Shown here piece by piece: positions 1-10,110 of a stretch of 64,000 nucleotides of DNA (the first letter of the stretch is position 1; each line of letters begins with the position of its first letter). The DNA comes from Myxococcota bacterium (GTDB taxonomy: Bacteria > Myxococcota_A > Bradymonadia > UBA7976 > UBA1532): contig JAYZEG010000010.1 of NCBI GenBank assembly GCA_036337435.1, forward strand, positions 1-64,000, written 5' to 3'. Position numbers and translations under genes: made by a program. A model generated the notes under the pieces. The model did not search any database. It was not told where the DNA came from and worked only from the letters and a program-made list of their open reading frames with translations.

Positions 1-1988
1 AGGTCACCCGTTGCATGACTGAATTCAAGCACGAATCGCCATGGGCCTTGCACGTCGATGAAATAGAAGTCACCCCGTCGTCCGCACACACCACCTCTAA
101 TTCGCTCGGCTCCGATCCGACTGGCCTCTTGAGGTGTGTCGTTCGGCTCGAGGTCTTCGTCAGCACCATCGGGACAATTTGATGGCAGCGTTGGTCTAAT
201 CGTCGCAGGGCCGGGATTGCTCCAATCAGCTTGGGGGTCTTGGGCAATCTCGACATAAGGTAGGTGGTCTCCACCGCGGGTCTGCTGAGTCGCAATCACC
301 CGCATATCTGAGCGCCTCACGACAAAGGCAGACGGCAAATGGTCGATCAGGGGCGTATCCATGAGTCGAAAATCAAACTGACTGTTTAATTCGCCAACGC
401 GAACACCGCTTTGTTGAGGCGTCGCCTCTCTGAGTATGGTCTGCGTCTCTGCCAATCCGATGGGTGCACCGACAGCCGATTGCGCTCCGACAAACACGAT
501 GCGACCACCAGCCGCCTCAATTTGAGGGGACAGTGCGTCGACGTAGGCCACGTACTCGTAGAGCCAGGGAATCCATTCTGGTACAACCACAAAGACAACA
601 GTTTCGACATCCTGCCAATCATCACCGCAAAAAATGTCGAGGGCACCAAAGCGACCCATCTGTTGACCAGCTTCACTGGCATTAGACCAGCTGAAGGGGG
701 GCAACACCTGCCCGAGCCCGATCTGGCTTGTCCACTGGGGATATGTACACGACCCCATTTGAGGCATGGTCGGTTCGATTACGCCCGCTTTGGTATCGCC
801 GACGGGATCGATGTAATTGGCGGTCCCCTCGAAGGCATTTACGTACCAGAGTTGTCCTGTCGGACTGATGGTCAAACCCATAACGCCTGGCTTGCCGGTG
901 ACCAGTCGATCGATTTCAAGCCCGTTAAAATCGTATGCAACGATATCGCCCGTTTTGGGAAATGAGACGAAAATGTGCTCATCGGTGACGGCAAAGCCCG
1001 ACGGTGTATCCAGTCCGTCGATGAGAACCCGATGGGCAACACCCGTGATTTGGTTAAACAGCTCCAAGGGTTCATTGATGGCAATTAAGTTCCCGGCCGG
1101 TGCTCCAGTTGTCAGGTCAGCCACTCGAACAGCACCCGCCCCTGTGTCCACGTAATACAGGTCTGTACCAATCAACTCCAAATGAGAGGGTACATCCGGA
1201 ATTCGAGTAAAGGTCAGTTCTGGATAACGCGATACGCGTCCATCGGAGTGGTCGTCTCCACCCGGGACATGGGGCTGCTGGAAGTCGTAGCGAACGATAT
1301 GCCCATTGGCCCCATCGGCGACGAAAAACGCATTTCCATCTTCGTGAGCGATACCCATACACATCGGACTTTGATGCAACATATCCAAATGGCTTCCGTT
1401 GAGACCGCCTGGGACTTGGGTCTGATTGACGCTGCAGTGAATCATGAGGTCAGTCGACCACAAAACTGGGCCCATAAAATCGTTGGGAAAGGCAAAGCCA
1501 TCCATGCCATTCCGGCTTTCTTGGCAAGTCCCAAAACTCCGCTGATTCCCAAAAGCAATGCTGGACACCTCCTCCATGAAGTGGCTGGCTGCCATGTCTC
1601 GCATCCGATCGATCCGTTGCTCTGGCGTCCCCGCACCAAATAGGACGACGTTCCCATCCCAATCCCGGTCAACGATCCAGAGCTGGTCCTGTGCGTCCGG
1701 GTTGAATTCGAGATCGCGAGGGTGAGAAAGCCCATCGCTTCTGCGGGCTGCGGTGATCAGCTGTCGCTCAGAGACCCGGCCAAATTGGGCCACTTTGACC
1801 GGTTCTTGGGGTCTCATCGCGTCTGACGCTTGTCCGCCATCTGCAAGCGGTACCAAACCGCCATCGTTCTCAACGGGCTCAATGCCATCACCGGCCAAGA
1901 CCACAACAACGCCGCTCTGAGAGTCAGAGTCGTCGCAACCGGCCAAGGCAGCACAGGCAAGAACAACGCCTACAAAAAAATTTTTCAT
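1..1988 (-). CDS. Secreted lipoprotein, 3'-truncated by the window edge: propeller-like His-rich domain + degenerate thioredoxin-like segment + start of a PPC-like domain
   Basis: Not in the ORF track. Manual translation from ATG 1988 is open to the edge: MKNFFVGVVLACAALAGC (lipobox), PRDLEFNP, GSHLDMLHQSPMCMGIAH, DFQQPHVPGGDDHSDG, later VFVVVPEWIPWLYEY and DEDLEPNDTPQEA. Confidence 0.8.
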   Translation of the reverse strand, partial: MKNFFVGVVLACAALAGCDDSDSQSGVVVVLAGDGIEPVENDGGLVPLADGGQASDAMRPQEPVKVAQFGRVSERQLITAARRSDGLSHPRDLEFNPDAQDQLWIVDRDWDGNVVLFGAGTPEQRIDRMRDMAASHFMEEVSSIAFGNQRSFGTCQESRNGMDGFAFPNDFMGPVLWSTDLMIHCSVNQTQVPGGLNGSHLDMLHQSPMCMGIAHEDGNAFFVADGANGHIVRYDFQQPHVPGGDDHSDGRVSRYPELTFTRIPDVPSHLELIGTDLYYVDTGAGAVRVADLTTGAPAGNLIAINEPLELFNQITGVAHRVLIDGLDTPSGFAVTDEHIFVSFPKTGDIVAYDFNGLEIDRLVTGKPGVMGLTISPTGQLWYVNAFEGTANYIDPVGDTKAGVIEPTMPQMGSCTYPQWTSQIGLGQVLPPFSWSNASEAGQQMGRFGALDIFCGDDWQDVETVVFVVVPEWIPWLYEYVAYVDALSPQIEAAGGRIVFVGAQSAVGAPIGLAETQTILREATPQQSGVRVGELNSQFDFRLMDTPLIDHLPSAFVVRRSDMRVIATQQTRGGDHLPYVEIAQDPQADWSNPGPATIRPTLPSNCPDGADEDLEPNDTPQEASRIGAERIRGGVCGRRGDFYFIDVQGPWRFVLEFSHATGD

Positions 1989-2330
1989 CGTATCAAATCC
2001 CGTCCAAATGAGCCATGAGATGCAGCTGTTCTTCAGTCCTTAGTAGGTACGTGCCAGAATCCCGGCTGTGTTGATAAAAAACCGGCAGACTAGAATGCGG
2101 ATTCCAGTACCGGAAATCCAGCGTCTTGGCGAGGGATAAGAGCTTTTTTTACCAACACCATTTCATGCTTCCAGTGCCATACCGGCAGTACATCCGCCGA
2201 AATGAGTTCTTGCATGCCTCCAAAAAGCTCAACCAACAGAATCAGAAAAAAGACCGCAACGACACACCGCACACGTCGAGTACCGGAGGTGTAACCCAAA
2301 TGGAATAAGTCTCTGAAGGAGTTTTCTGAT

Positions 2331-3008
2331 ATGCCACTGCACTCGTCTTGCCCGCCTAGTCATCAAAATATCACCAACCCGGAAACGTCACGTCGGGCTC
2401 GAATACGGTGCCTCGAGGCAGAGCGAGAACTGACACGTCTCGTATCTGACTCTCAACAATTTGAGATGCTGTCGGTCGCGCAGCTAAAAGACGTTGAATT
2501 TGCCGCCACCGATTTGTCAAAACGAGGGTATTTGGCCCACCTGTGGTGGCGTCTATTCTGGAATAGCAACGAGCGACTCGATGGGGAGAGTCTGTTGGCC
2601 AAAGTCTATCGAAAAGGGCACCCTCGATATGCCATGTTTAAACGGTTTTCCGGTGCAGAAGTCCTTTTGTCATGGCTTTGTACAGCAGGAATTAATCCCG
2701 ATCGAGTACAGCGGTCTGAATTAGAGTTTTTCCTGGTCCATATCTATCCTTCACACCCCGATTTTGTTGACTCAAATACCGTTGCGGATCTTGTCGAGTT
2801 TAGTTGTGTTTGCGAGTTTCTTAAACGGACCGGTGCCGTCTATGCCGAGGATTTCTCGGGTCTCTTTGATGAGGGTATGGTCACCAAAGTTCTCGAGCGA
2901 CGTGCGGACATCTACGCGTTATCCAATGGTAAAAACCGAGGGCGGTGGGCTGCAATGAACGAAGGGGCCGCCGCTGAGAAGACGCGTCGCAAGAAGACTG
3001 CTGTCTAG
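2331..3008 (+). CDS. Hypothetical protein
   Basis: 225-aa ORF filling the gap between two genes; no recognisable motif; start uncertain. Confidence 0.55.
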   Translation: MPLHSSCPPSHQNITNPETSRRARIRCLEAERELTRLVSDSQQFEMLSVAQLKDVEFAATDLSKRGYLAHLWWRLFWNSNERLDGESLLAKVYRKGHPRYAMFKRFSGAEVLLSWLCTAGINPDRVQRSELEFFLVHIYPSHPDFVDSNTVADLVEFSCVCEFLKRTGAVYAEDFSGLFDEGMVTKVLERRADIYALSNGKNRGRWAAMNEGAAAEKTRRKKTAV

Positions 3009-3283
3009 ATCTTTGGAACAACACGAGAGTAATAACCCATCGTGCCATGGTTCGCTTTGACAAGCCGATCATCGGTCTACCGATTGGTCTTTTTCTCGAG
3101 GGACACTTTGTCCTGAGATGTGTCAAGGCCCATTAAATAAAAACAAAAGGGGTCAAAGAGGAGTCAGCGCATCGTGTAATTTGTCTTGCCTGTTGGCATC
3201 TGCGTACAGATGTTGCCGCGTCCCAATATCAACGTTGTGATGGTGCCCATGTCTAAATTTTTTTCCAAATCCAGCGTTGAAGC

Positions 3284-3311
3284 TTGACAAAACCTTCCGA
3301 ATGGTAGATAT
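3284..3311 (+). promoter_or_regulatory. Sigma70 -35 (TTGACA) followed by operator copy 1 (AAACCTTCCGAATGGTAGATAT)
   Basis: Perfect TTGACA at 3284-3289. 3290-3311 matches the 16510-16531 palindrome at 18/22 positions and covers the spacer/-10 region. Confidence 0.6.
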
Positions 3312-3427
3312 GCGCTAGGGATTCATACCAGATCCGGATCGTCAGACCCCATATCGGTTCTTTTGGACGATTCATATTGAGATAGAAAATGCGTCAGGTA
3401 ACCGAGAACTTTAGAAAGGAGATAAGT

Positions 3428-6367
3428 ATGCAGAGGTCCAGCGTACTTTTACTGATTATTTGCTGTGCATTCATCGGCTGTGGGGGCGACGACAACGATA
3501 CAGACGTCGTCAATTTCCCAGGGGATCCAACCACGATCACCGACGCAGGTGCCGGCTCTGACATCGGATTCATTACCGAACCAACTCCCGGCGAAACTGG
3601 CCGTTTCATTCGACAGACTATCGATGCCAATGCCAATGGCCCGGCGTTTGCTGAAGTCGCTGATATCAATGGTGATGGTAAACTTGACCTAATTATTTCC
3701 GAGTTTGGTCAAGTGGGCGGCAATACTGTCGAGCCCGGTGGCATTGCAATCTATCTACAAGGGAACACCATCGACGAATGGCAACGGCAGATGGTCACCA
3801 ATGATGATGAGCCCCTATACTGGCCGAATTCCGTCCATGTCGAAGACATCGATGGCGATGGGGACGTTGATTTGACTGTCGGTGCTGGATTTCTAATCTG
3901 CGAAATTCTGAGCCGGGTCGATGAGACAGGGCAAATGCGCCCACCCGCGCCATGTGGCGGCCTTTTTTGGTTCGAGCAGACACCCAATGGGTGGATTCGA
4001 CACGACATCGTCAGCGAAGGCAGCGAGCTCTTCTATCACCACGGTTTACTGGCCGATATGGACAATGACGGTATCCTCGATATGGTGACCGTCGGAGAAC
4101 GTCGCTATCTCGGTGCAGACGGACGTCCCGTGGACGACGCTCAAGCGAAATGGTTTAGGGGTGTACCCACCGCCGAACGTTTCGAAACGACACCCCGTGC
4201 CATCGGACCGGGCATGGGTAGTCTGGCGGAACTCAACGACGTGGATGGCGATGGCGACCTAGACTTAATCAGTGCCGAATACTTTGCGTCGTTCGAACAA
4301 AAATCATTCGCTTGGTATGAAAATGTTGCCGCCCCAGATGCAAATAATGCGACCGGAACTTGGGTGCGTCATGTCATCGACGATTCCGTAGGCCCTGCAA
4401 TTCAGATGACCCTCGTCCCCAACTTTTATGGAGACGGTCGAACCATTGCCATCGGCTCAAATCACACACAAACAACGGGCGACAACCCGCAACCTTGGGA
4501 ATCAGCCATTTTCGCCTACGAGCCCCCAGCAGATCCACGACAGCCTTGGACACGAACACAACTCTCTGAAAACATTGTGTCTATCCCCAGGGCGAATCAG
4601 GCCGCACCAGGTATTTTTGATGCGGGCGATGTTGATGGAGACGGTGATATCGACTTATTGGTGTCCGGCGATGGAGACAGCAGAGTCTTCATGCTGACTC
4701 AAGACGCGAATCGAGGATTCACAACATGGGTGCTAGACGAGAATTTACCGCAAGCTGGCGCTATGAAGATTGTGGACTTAGACAATGACGGCACAACCGA
4801 ACTGATTGTGACCAGCTTCGATAACAACGTCCTTTATATGTACCGGAACAATGCCGAAGGCCCTCATCCGATTGGCGTGGCAACTCAGCCGGAATGGGCC
4901 GCGTCCGAAGGCGGTTCGATTCGGGTCAACTATGATGGGAACGCGACTGGACAACTGGTGGTCGCTCTGTTCACGTCATGGCCCCCGGCTGGCCCTCCAA
5001 GTGGCTTCAAACTGATCCAAGATCCCAGCTACCCTGTGGTCGCCGAGTTTCCGTCCGTAGAGCCGGGCGACTACGTGGCACTCGCGTTTATCGATGTCGA
5101 CGGGTCTGGACCGATGGGACCAAACGAGGCGGATGTTCAGGTTCAGGCGGACGTGAGCTTCCCTGCATCCGGACCAATTGACTTGTACCTGCGGGGTGAA
5201 GGTGGTGAAGGCCCGCAGCCAAATCCAGGAAATCGGTTGCGCGTCACCTACGGCGGTAATGAGTCCGGTCCCTTGGTGGTCGCTATGTTCACTTCATGGC
5301 CTCCGATGGGTCCGCCGAGCGCATTCGAACAATTCCCAGCCCCCACCTACCCTGTTGATGTCGAGTTTCCAACGCTTGCACCAGGCGAGTACACGGCGAT
5401 GGTCTTCATCGATGTGGACGGCTCAGGCATCATGGCTGCGAATGCCGAAGACGTCCAAGCTCGCGAGACTGTGAATTTTCCTGCTGACCAACCCATTACG
5501 ATCGATCTTGGCGGCTCAGCCGAGGGACAAGGGTTCGAGACTGTTCGGACAGAGATTATGAGGAATGGTCGGCTCACACCACTCGTTGCCTATGTTCCAA
5601 ACGAGGGAGAAAACCTGCCAGTGGTGGTATTTACGCCCGGTTTTCAGCTGGAGTCGGCAGGCTACGGACCGCTTTGCGAAGCATTTGCCCAAAACGGATA
5701 CGTTGTCGCTCGACTTGACCCTCCGGGAACCATTTTCGATGTCAATCACATCGAAATGGGCGCAGATGTGCGTATGGGTATAAATTGGCTTCTAAACCAG
5801 AGCCCTTTTGCCGATCGAATCGACGGCACACGAGTCGGGACCATGGGACACAGTCTTGGTGGTAAGCTTGCGATTATGAACGCTATCGAAGATCCGCGGG
5901 TACGGGCCGTTTTTGCAATCGATCCGGTTGATGGTGACCCGAGCCCATTTCCCGATCCGGCGACCCGTCCAGATCTGGTTCCTGGACCCATCGATTCACT
6001 CACAGTGCCATTGGGTCTGATCGGTGAGACAACAAATGCGACCAGCAGCAATGCGTTCGCCCCTGCATGCGCGCCAGCCGAAGAAAATTTCCAAACATTT
6101 TTCGACGGTGCGACGGCCAGTGATTGGGTTGTCGAATGGAACATCATCGGTGCCGACCACATGGACTTTGTATACTCCTGTCCCGAGGGACTATTCTCAC
6201 CATGCGAACTCTGCGATGACGGTCCATTGGATGCCGCTCGAGTTCGTGAGATCACGCTTGATTTGGCGCTCGCGTTCTTTGGCCTTCATTTCAATGGCGA
6301 GGCGGACATGAACTCGCAACTGACAGGTAACAACGTGCCGGCTGAGGTTGAAGTTCGCCAGCGTTAG
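3428..6367 (+). CDS. FG-GAP/VCBS repeat lipoprotein with two duplicated beta-sandwich domains and a C-terminal chlorophyllase-like alpha/beta hydrolase
   Basis: AGGAG RBS before ATG 3428; lipobox AFIGC; several DxDGDGDxD repeats; two copies of a ~95-aa unit; GHSLGG nucleophile elbow, IDPVDG, GADHMDF. Confidence 0.8.
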   Translation: MQRSSVLLLIICCAFIGCGGDDNDTDVVNFPGDPTTITDAGAGSDIGFITEPTPGETGRFIRQTIDANANGPAFAEVADINGDGKLDLIISEFGQVGGNTVEPGGIAIYLQGNTIDEWQRQMVTNDDEPLYWPNSVHVEDIDGDGDVDLTVGAGFLICEILSRVDETGQMRPPAPCGGLFWFEQTPNGWIRHDIVSEGSELFYHHGLLADMDNDGILDMVTVGERRYLGADGRPVDDAQAKWFRGVPTAERFETTPRAIGPGMGSLAELNDVDGDGDLDLISAEYFASFEQKSFAWYENVAAPDANNATGTWVRHVIDDSVGPAIQMTLVPNFYGDGRTIAIGSNHTQTTGDNPQPWESAIFAYEPPADPRQPWTRTQLSENIVSIPRANQAAPGIFDAGDVDGDGDIDLLVSGDGDSRVFMLTQDANRGFTTWVLDENLPQAGAMKIVDLDNDGTTELIVTSFDNNVLYMYRNNAEGPHPIGVATQPEWAASEGGSIRVNYDGNATGQLVVALFTSWPPAGPPSGFKLIQDPSYPVVAEFPSVEPGDYVALAFIDVDGSGPMGPNEADVQVQADVSFPASGPIDLYLRGEGGEGPQPNPGNRLRVTYGGNESGPLVVAMFTSWPPMGPPSAFEQFPAPTYPVDVEFPTLAPGEYTAMVFIDVDGSGIMAANAEDVQARETVNFPADQPITIDLGGSAEGQGFETVRTEIMRNGRLTPLVAYVPNEGENLPVVVFTPGFQLESAGYGPLCEAFAQNGYVVARLDPPGTIFDVNHIEMGADVRMGINWLLNQSPFADRIDGTRVGTMGHSLGGKLAIMNAIEDPRVRAVFAIDPVDGDPSPFPDPATRPDLVPGPIDSLTVPLGLIGETTNATSSNAFAPACAPAEENFQTFFDGATASDWVVEWNIIGADHMDFVYSCPEGLFSPCELCDDGPLDAARVREITLDLALAFFGLHFNGEADMNSQLTGNNVPAEVEVRQR

Positions 6368-6567
6368 GTTGGGGAGAAAACACAGTCCGTGACACTGTCT
6401 GCGCTCTATCGGCCCCATCGTATGGGTGGGGTCGACGCAGGCTCCAATCAAAAGGCGTCAAAAAAAAGGCGTAATTCGCCCTCTTTTACCCCCACCCTTC
6501 AAGCCCCATTCCGCACTCAAAACTGAAACCAACGTGAATGTCTACGCATCAGGAGATCCATTGAGCG

Positions 6568-9252
6568 TTGCAACGGGCGGCCTCTTCCACCATTGTGGTA
6601 CGGCATCTTCATCCAGCGAATTGTTCAAGGGGCAAGGCCGTGGGCCGACTGACACAAAACTCGCCAATCGCCGGCTGGTTTTTGGTACTGCTCGTCCTGA
6701 CGTGCATATCATCACCTGTGCGAGCGCAAGACAGCCAAAGCACAGTGGCAAGTCAAAAGCCTAAATTAACAAAACCACCAAGCGTGATTCAGTTTATCGA
6801 AGCTGAGTATCCCGTCGATGCAAAGGCCAAAGGCGTCGAAGCACAGGTGACGTTAGCGCTAACAGTCAACGCCGACGGTCAAGCAGACGATATCCAGGTC
6901 ATCACCAGTGCCGGCACCGCCTTCGACCAGGCTGCGATAAGTGCCGTAAAACAATTTAAGTTTTCTCCTGCGGAGGTTGACGGAAATGTTGCACCCGTTC
7001 GAATACAATACACCTATAATTTCACCCTCCGAAAGGCGGTCGACCCATCACCAGAGACAGGTCCGAACGCCGATCGTGACTCAACAACCGACATCCAGAG
7101 AGACAACGGTCGCTTAGTCGGCCGTCTGGTACTGAAGGGGTACCGAACGCCTTTGGTTGGATTCGAAGTCAAGCTGTCGACTGGGGTCCAAAGCTTCACA
7201 GATGAAGCAGGCCGTTTTAGTTTCGAGAACGTGCCGGCCGGCACCATCGTTGTCAGCATCGATCAGACAGACTTTTTCCCGATCAAATCCGAGGAGACAG
7301 TGAGCAAAGGCAAAGAGACCGATGTGACCTATTTTGTCGAACGGAAATCCTTTGATGACTCTGTTGTTGTGGTCGGTAAACGCGTCAAGAAAGATGTTGT
7401 CAAACGAACCATACGAATCGAAGAGATCCGACTCATTCCAGGAACCAACGGCGATGCACTGAGCGTAATACAAAATTTACCGGGTGCCGCCCGAACGCCC
7501 TTCGGAAATACCGACCTAATCTTACGAGGCGGTGGTCGGACCCAAGCCTATTTGAACCAGCAGCTGATTCCGATCCCATTCCATTTTGGAGGCCTCCGAA
7601 GCACTGTCTCCAGTGCTCTAATCAGCGATATTCAAATTTATCCGAGTAACTTTGGGGTCGAATATGGTCGAATCAACGGTGGCGTCGTCAACGTCCAATT
7701 ACGGGAACCACGACGAGATGCCATCCACGGTTTTGTAGAGGCCGATGTCTTCGACGCCGGACTTTTACTCGAAATGCCAGTCGGCGATTCGGGCGGTCTT
7801 GCCATCGCTTTTCGCCGCAGCTATTTCGATGCGATTCTCGCTGTCGCCTTGCCGGCTGACTCCGCCGTTTCGTTGCCAACGGCACCTCGCTATTATGATG
7901 CACAGATTTTGTACACCAACAACCATGGTCGGCACGCCTACAAAATTTTGGCGTATGGCTCCAGCGACCGAGTCGTCGCACTGCTGTCGGAAGCAAATGA
8001 GAACAATCCGCAAGCACGGGGCAATGCGCGCCTGGCTCTAGAATGGGTCGGCGGACAGCTTGAGTGGCGCTATCGCTTCAGCCCGAATCTGAACAACACC
8101 CTTAATCTGAGCTATCTAACCACATCGACGGAGGCCAGTTTCGGTTCGACTGTCGACCTCGATTTTCTGTTTCATCAAGTCCTGGTACGAGACACCCTAA
8201 ACTGGACACTATCCGACAGGTTCAAACTTCGGGTTGGCCTGGATGCCGATATTTTATGGAGTCAAATCGATGCATATGGCAGCGGGGGACCACCCAAGGA
8301 AGGCCAGCCCACTAATGCCAGTGGTCTAGAAGAAACCATCGGTATCGATTTAACGGACTTTCTACCCTCACCGGCGACCTGGCTTGAATTGCAAGCCAAA
8401 TGGGGCCCCGTTCTTTTCGTCCCTGGCCTGAGGTTGGACTATCTGGCACCAACAGACGAATATATTCTCCAACCTCGAGTCACCACACGATGGCAAACCA
8501 CTGAGGATTTGGTGCTGAAAGCTGGGTACGGATTCTATGCTCAAACACCCGAAGGAGATGAGTTCAATGAAGGACTCGGAAACCCAAACATCAAATCTGA
8601 ACGCGGCTGGCATCTGAGTGCAGGTGCAGAATACAAGTTTACCGACTCTTTGGGGTTTGATGGCTCAATTTTTTACAAGGATTTCGATCGCCTTGTGCGA
8701 CGTGTTGATGATCAAACAGTGCGGGTCGACAATCAGGGGGTGGGTCGGGCTTACGGTCTAGAATTACTTTTAAGACAGACTCTCACGTCTCGCTTTTTCG
8801 GATGGATCGCATACACACTGCAACGGTCAGAGCGACGAGATTCACCGACCGAAAGATGGCGTCTCTTCGACACCGATCAGACCCACAACCTGATTTTGGT
8901 GGCTCAGTACAAACTGACTCGAAAATGGACTTTGGGACTGCGTTTTCGGTACGTTACCGGTAACCCCGATACACCCGTCGAGGGGACCATCTACGAAGCA
9001 GATGCAGACCGATTCGTCCCGCTGTATGGCGATACGAATTCCGAACGCTTCGATGACTTTCATCAATTAGATCTCCGGATCGACCGTGAATGGACTTTTG
9101 ATACCTGGCGGTTGACTGCATATCTAGATGTTCGAAACGTTTACAATCGAGCAAATGCGAGCGCACGCACTTACAATTATGATTACAGCGAATCCATGCC
9201 GAGATTTGAAATCCCGGTCGTGCCATCCTTTGGACTCAGAGGAGAGTTTTAA
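6568..9252 (+). CDS. TonB-dependent receptor with N-terminal TonB C-terminal domain and carboxypeptidase-regulatory-like domain (true start probably slightly downstream)
   Basis: YPVDAKAKGVEAQV..FDQAAISAVKQFKFSPA (TonB_C); plug motif DALSVIQNLPG; C-terminal GLRGEF barrel end. Confidence 0.9.
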   Translation: MQRAASSTIVVRHLHPANCSRGKAVGRLTQNSPIAGWFLVLLVLTCISSPVRAQDSQSTVASQKPKLTKPPSVIQFIEAEYPVDAKAKGVEAQVTLALTVNADGQADDIQVITSAGTAFDQAAISAVKQFKFSPAEVDGNVAPVRIQYTYNFTLRKAVDPSPETGPNADRDSTTDIQRDNGRLVGRLVLKGYRTPLVGFEVKLSTGVQSFTDEAGRFSFENVPAGTIVVSIDQTDFFPIKSEETVSKGKETDVTYFVERKSFDDSVVVVGKRVKKDVVKRTIRIEEIRLIPGTNGDALSVIQNLPGAARTPFGNTDLILRGGGRTQAYLNQQLIPIPFHFGGLRSTVSSALISDIQIYPSNFGVEYGRINGGVVNVQLREPRRDAIHGFVEADVFDAGLLLEMPVGDSGGLAIAFRRSYFDAILAVALPADSAVSLPTAPRYYDAQILYTNNHGRHAYKILAYGSSDRVVALLSEANENNPQARGNARLALEWVGGQLEWRYRFSPNLNNTLNLSYLTTSTEASFGSTVDLDFLFHQVLVRDTLNWTLSDRFKLRVGLDADILWSQIDAYGSGGPPKEGQPTNASGLEETIGIDLTDFLPSPATWLELQAKWGPVLFVPGLRLDYLAPTDEYILQPRVTTRWQTTEDLVLKAGYGFYAQTPEGDEFNEGLGNPNIKSERGWHLSAGAEYKFTDSLGFDGSIFYKDFDRLVRRVDDQTVRVDNQGVGRAYGLELLLRQTLTSRFFGWIAYTLQRSERRDSPTERWRLFDTDQTHNLILVAQYKLTRKWTLGLRFRYVTGNPDTPVEGTIYEADADRFVPLYGDTNSERFDDFHQLDLRIDREWTFDTWRLTAYLDVRNVYNRANASARTYNYDYSESMPRFEIPVVPSFGLRGEF

Positions 9253-10091
9253 TGCGAATTAAACTGTCGATCGTACTCCTCTTAGGACTGGGATGTAACG
9301 ACTTTGACCCTCGGAGTTTATTGCAAGCACCACGAGTTGTCGGCGTCGTGGCAGACCCACCCGCTCTCGGTCTCGGCGAGAGTGTCACGCTTACGTCAGT
9401 CGAGCACAGCCCGATTCCTACCGCACGGACTTGGTCAGTCTGCTTAGCCAGTCTGGGCCCTTTTGGAGATTATGCCTGCTTGGACGACAGTTTAATCATC
9501 CCCATTGATGACAATGCTGTGACCGTACAATTTAGCGTCGACAACACGGTTGTCACGACCTTAGCGAATTATTTTAATCAGAATGCCGAAGCACTCGCTG
9601 CGGATTGTGGAACCGCCTGTATGACACGGGAGGGGACTGAGCGGGACTACTTCGACATTCAGGTGAGTTTGGTCAGCAGCTGGGACGATGGTAGCCAAAT
9701 GAAAACCATCAAACAGGTGCGAGTGCATCTAGACGACGGACCACGAAATTCGAACCCCCGGATTCTGGACCTCAGGCTGGATGGAAATAACGCGGCAGGC
9801 GTACTGACAACGGCAACGCGCCACACCTTGGAGATCGAGGTCGATGAGGACGGGCTAGAGACGTTCGTTGATTCCGGTGGTCGAACCATAAGCGAAGAAG
9901 CAACAACCACATGGTATACCACAATAGGGCGCTTCGAGCTCCCAGTGACCTACGGACAATCTCAGGCCACAGAATTAGTCATGCCGAAGACGACTGACGA
10001 GTCGAGCGCCAGCATCATGGCCGTCGTTCGGGATGGTCGAGGTGGCACAGATTTTCGCATTGTAGACTTTGAGGTTACATCAGGACAATGA
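9252..10091 (+). CDS. Lipoprotein typically encoded after myxobacterial TonB-dependent receptors
   Basis: TAATG overlap with the receptor stop; lipobox GLGC; PRVVGVVADPP, NSNP and VVRDGRGG motifs. Confidence 0.8.
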   Translation: MRIKLSIVLLLGLGCNDFDPRSLLQAPRVVGVVADPPALGLGESVTLTSVEHSPIPTARTWSVCLASLGPFGDYACLDDSLIIPIDDNAVTVQFSVDNTVVTTLANYFNQNAEALAADCGTACMTREGTERDYFDIQVSLVSSWDDGSQMKTIKQVRVHLDDGPRNSNPRILDLRLDGNNAAGVLTTATRHTLEIEVDEDGLETFVDSGGRTISEEATTTWYTTIGRFELPVTYGQSQATELVMPKTTDESSASIMAVVRDGRGGTDFRIVDFEVTSGQ

Positions 10092-10110
10092 CTGTCCGAC
10101 AGGCGATTCC

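Noticed and set aside
386..2018. Short ORFs listed in the track for the first 2 kb
   Set aside because: Explained by the continuous minus-strand gene starting at 1988
2091..2150. Two small hairpins plus T7 after TAGAAT (possible sRNA or terminator)
   Set aside because: Stems are short and bulged and the -35 spacing is poor; not enough support
6368..6567. Cobalamin or other riboswitch upstream of the TonB-dependent receptor
   Set aside because: Hairpins are present but I could not find B12-box or other riboswitch consensus elements
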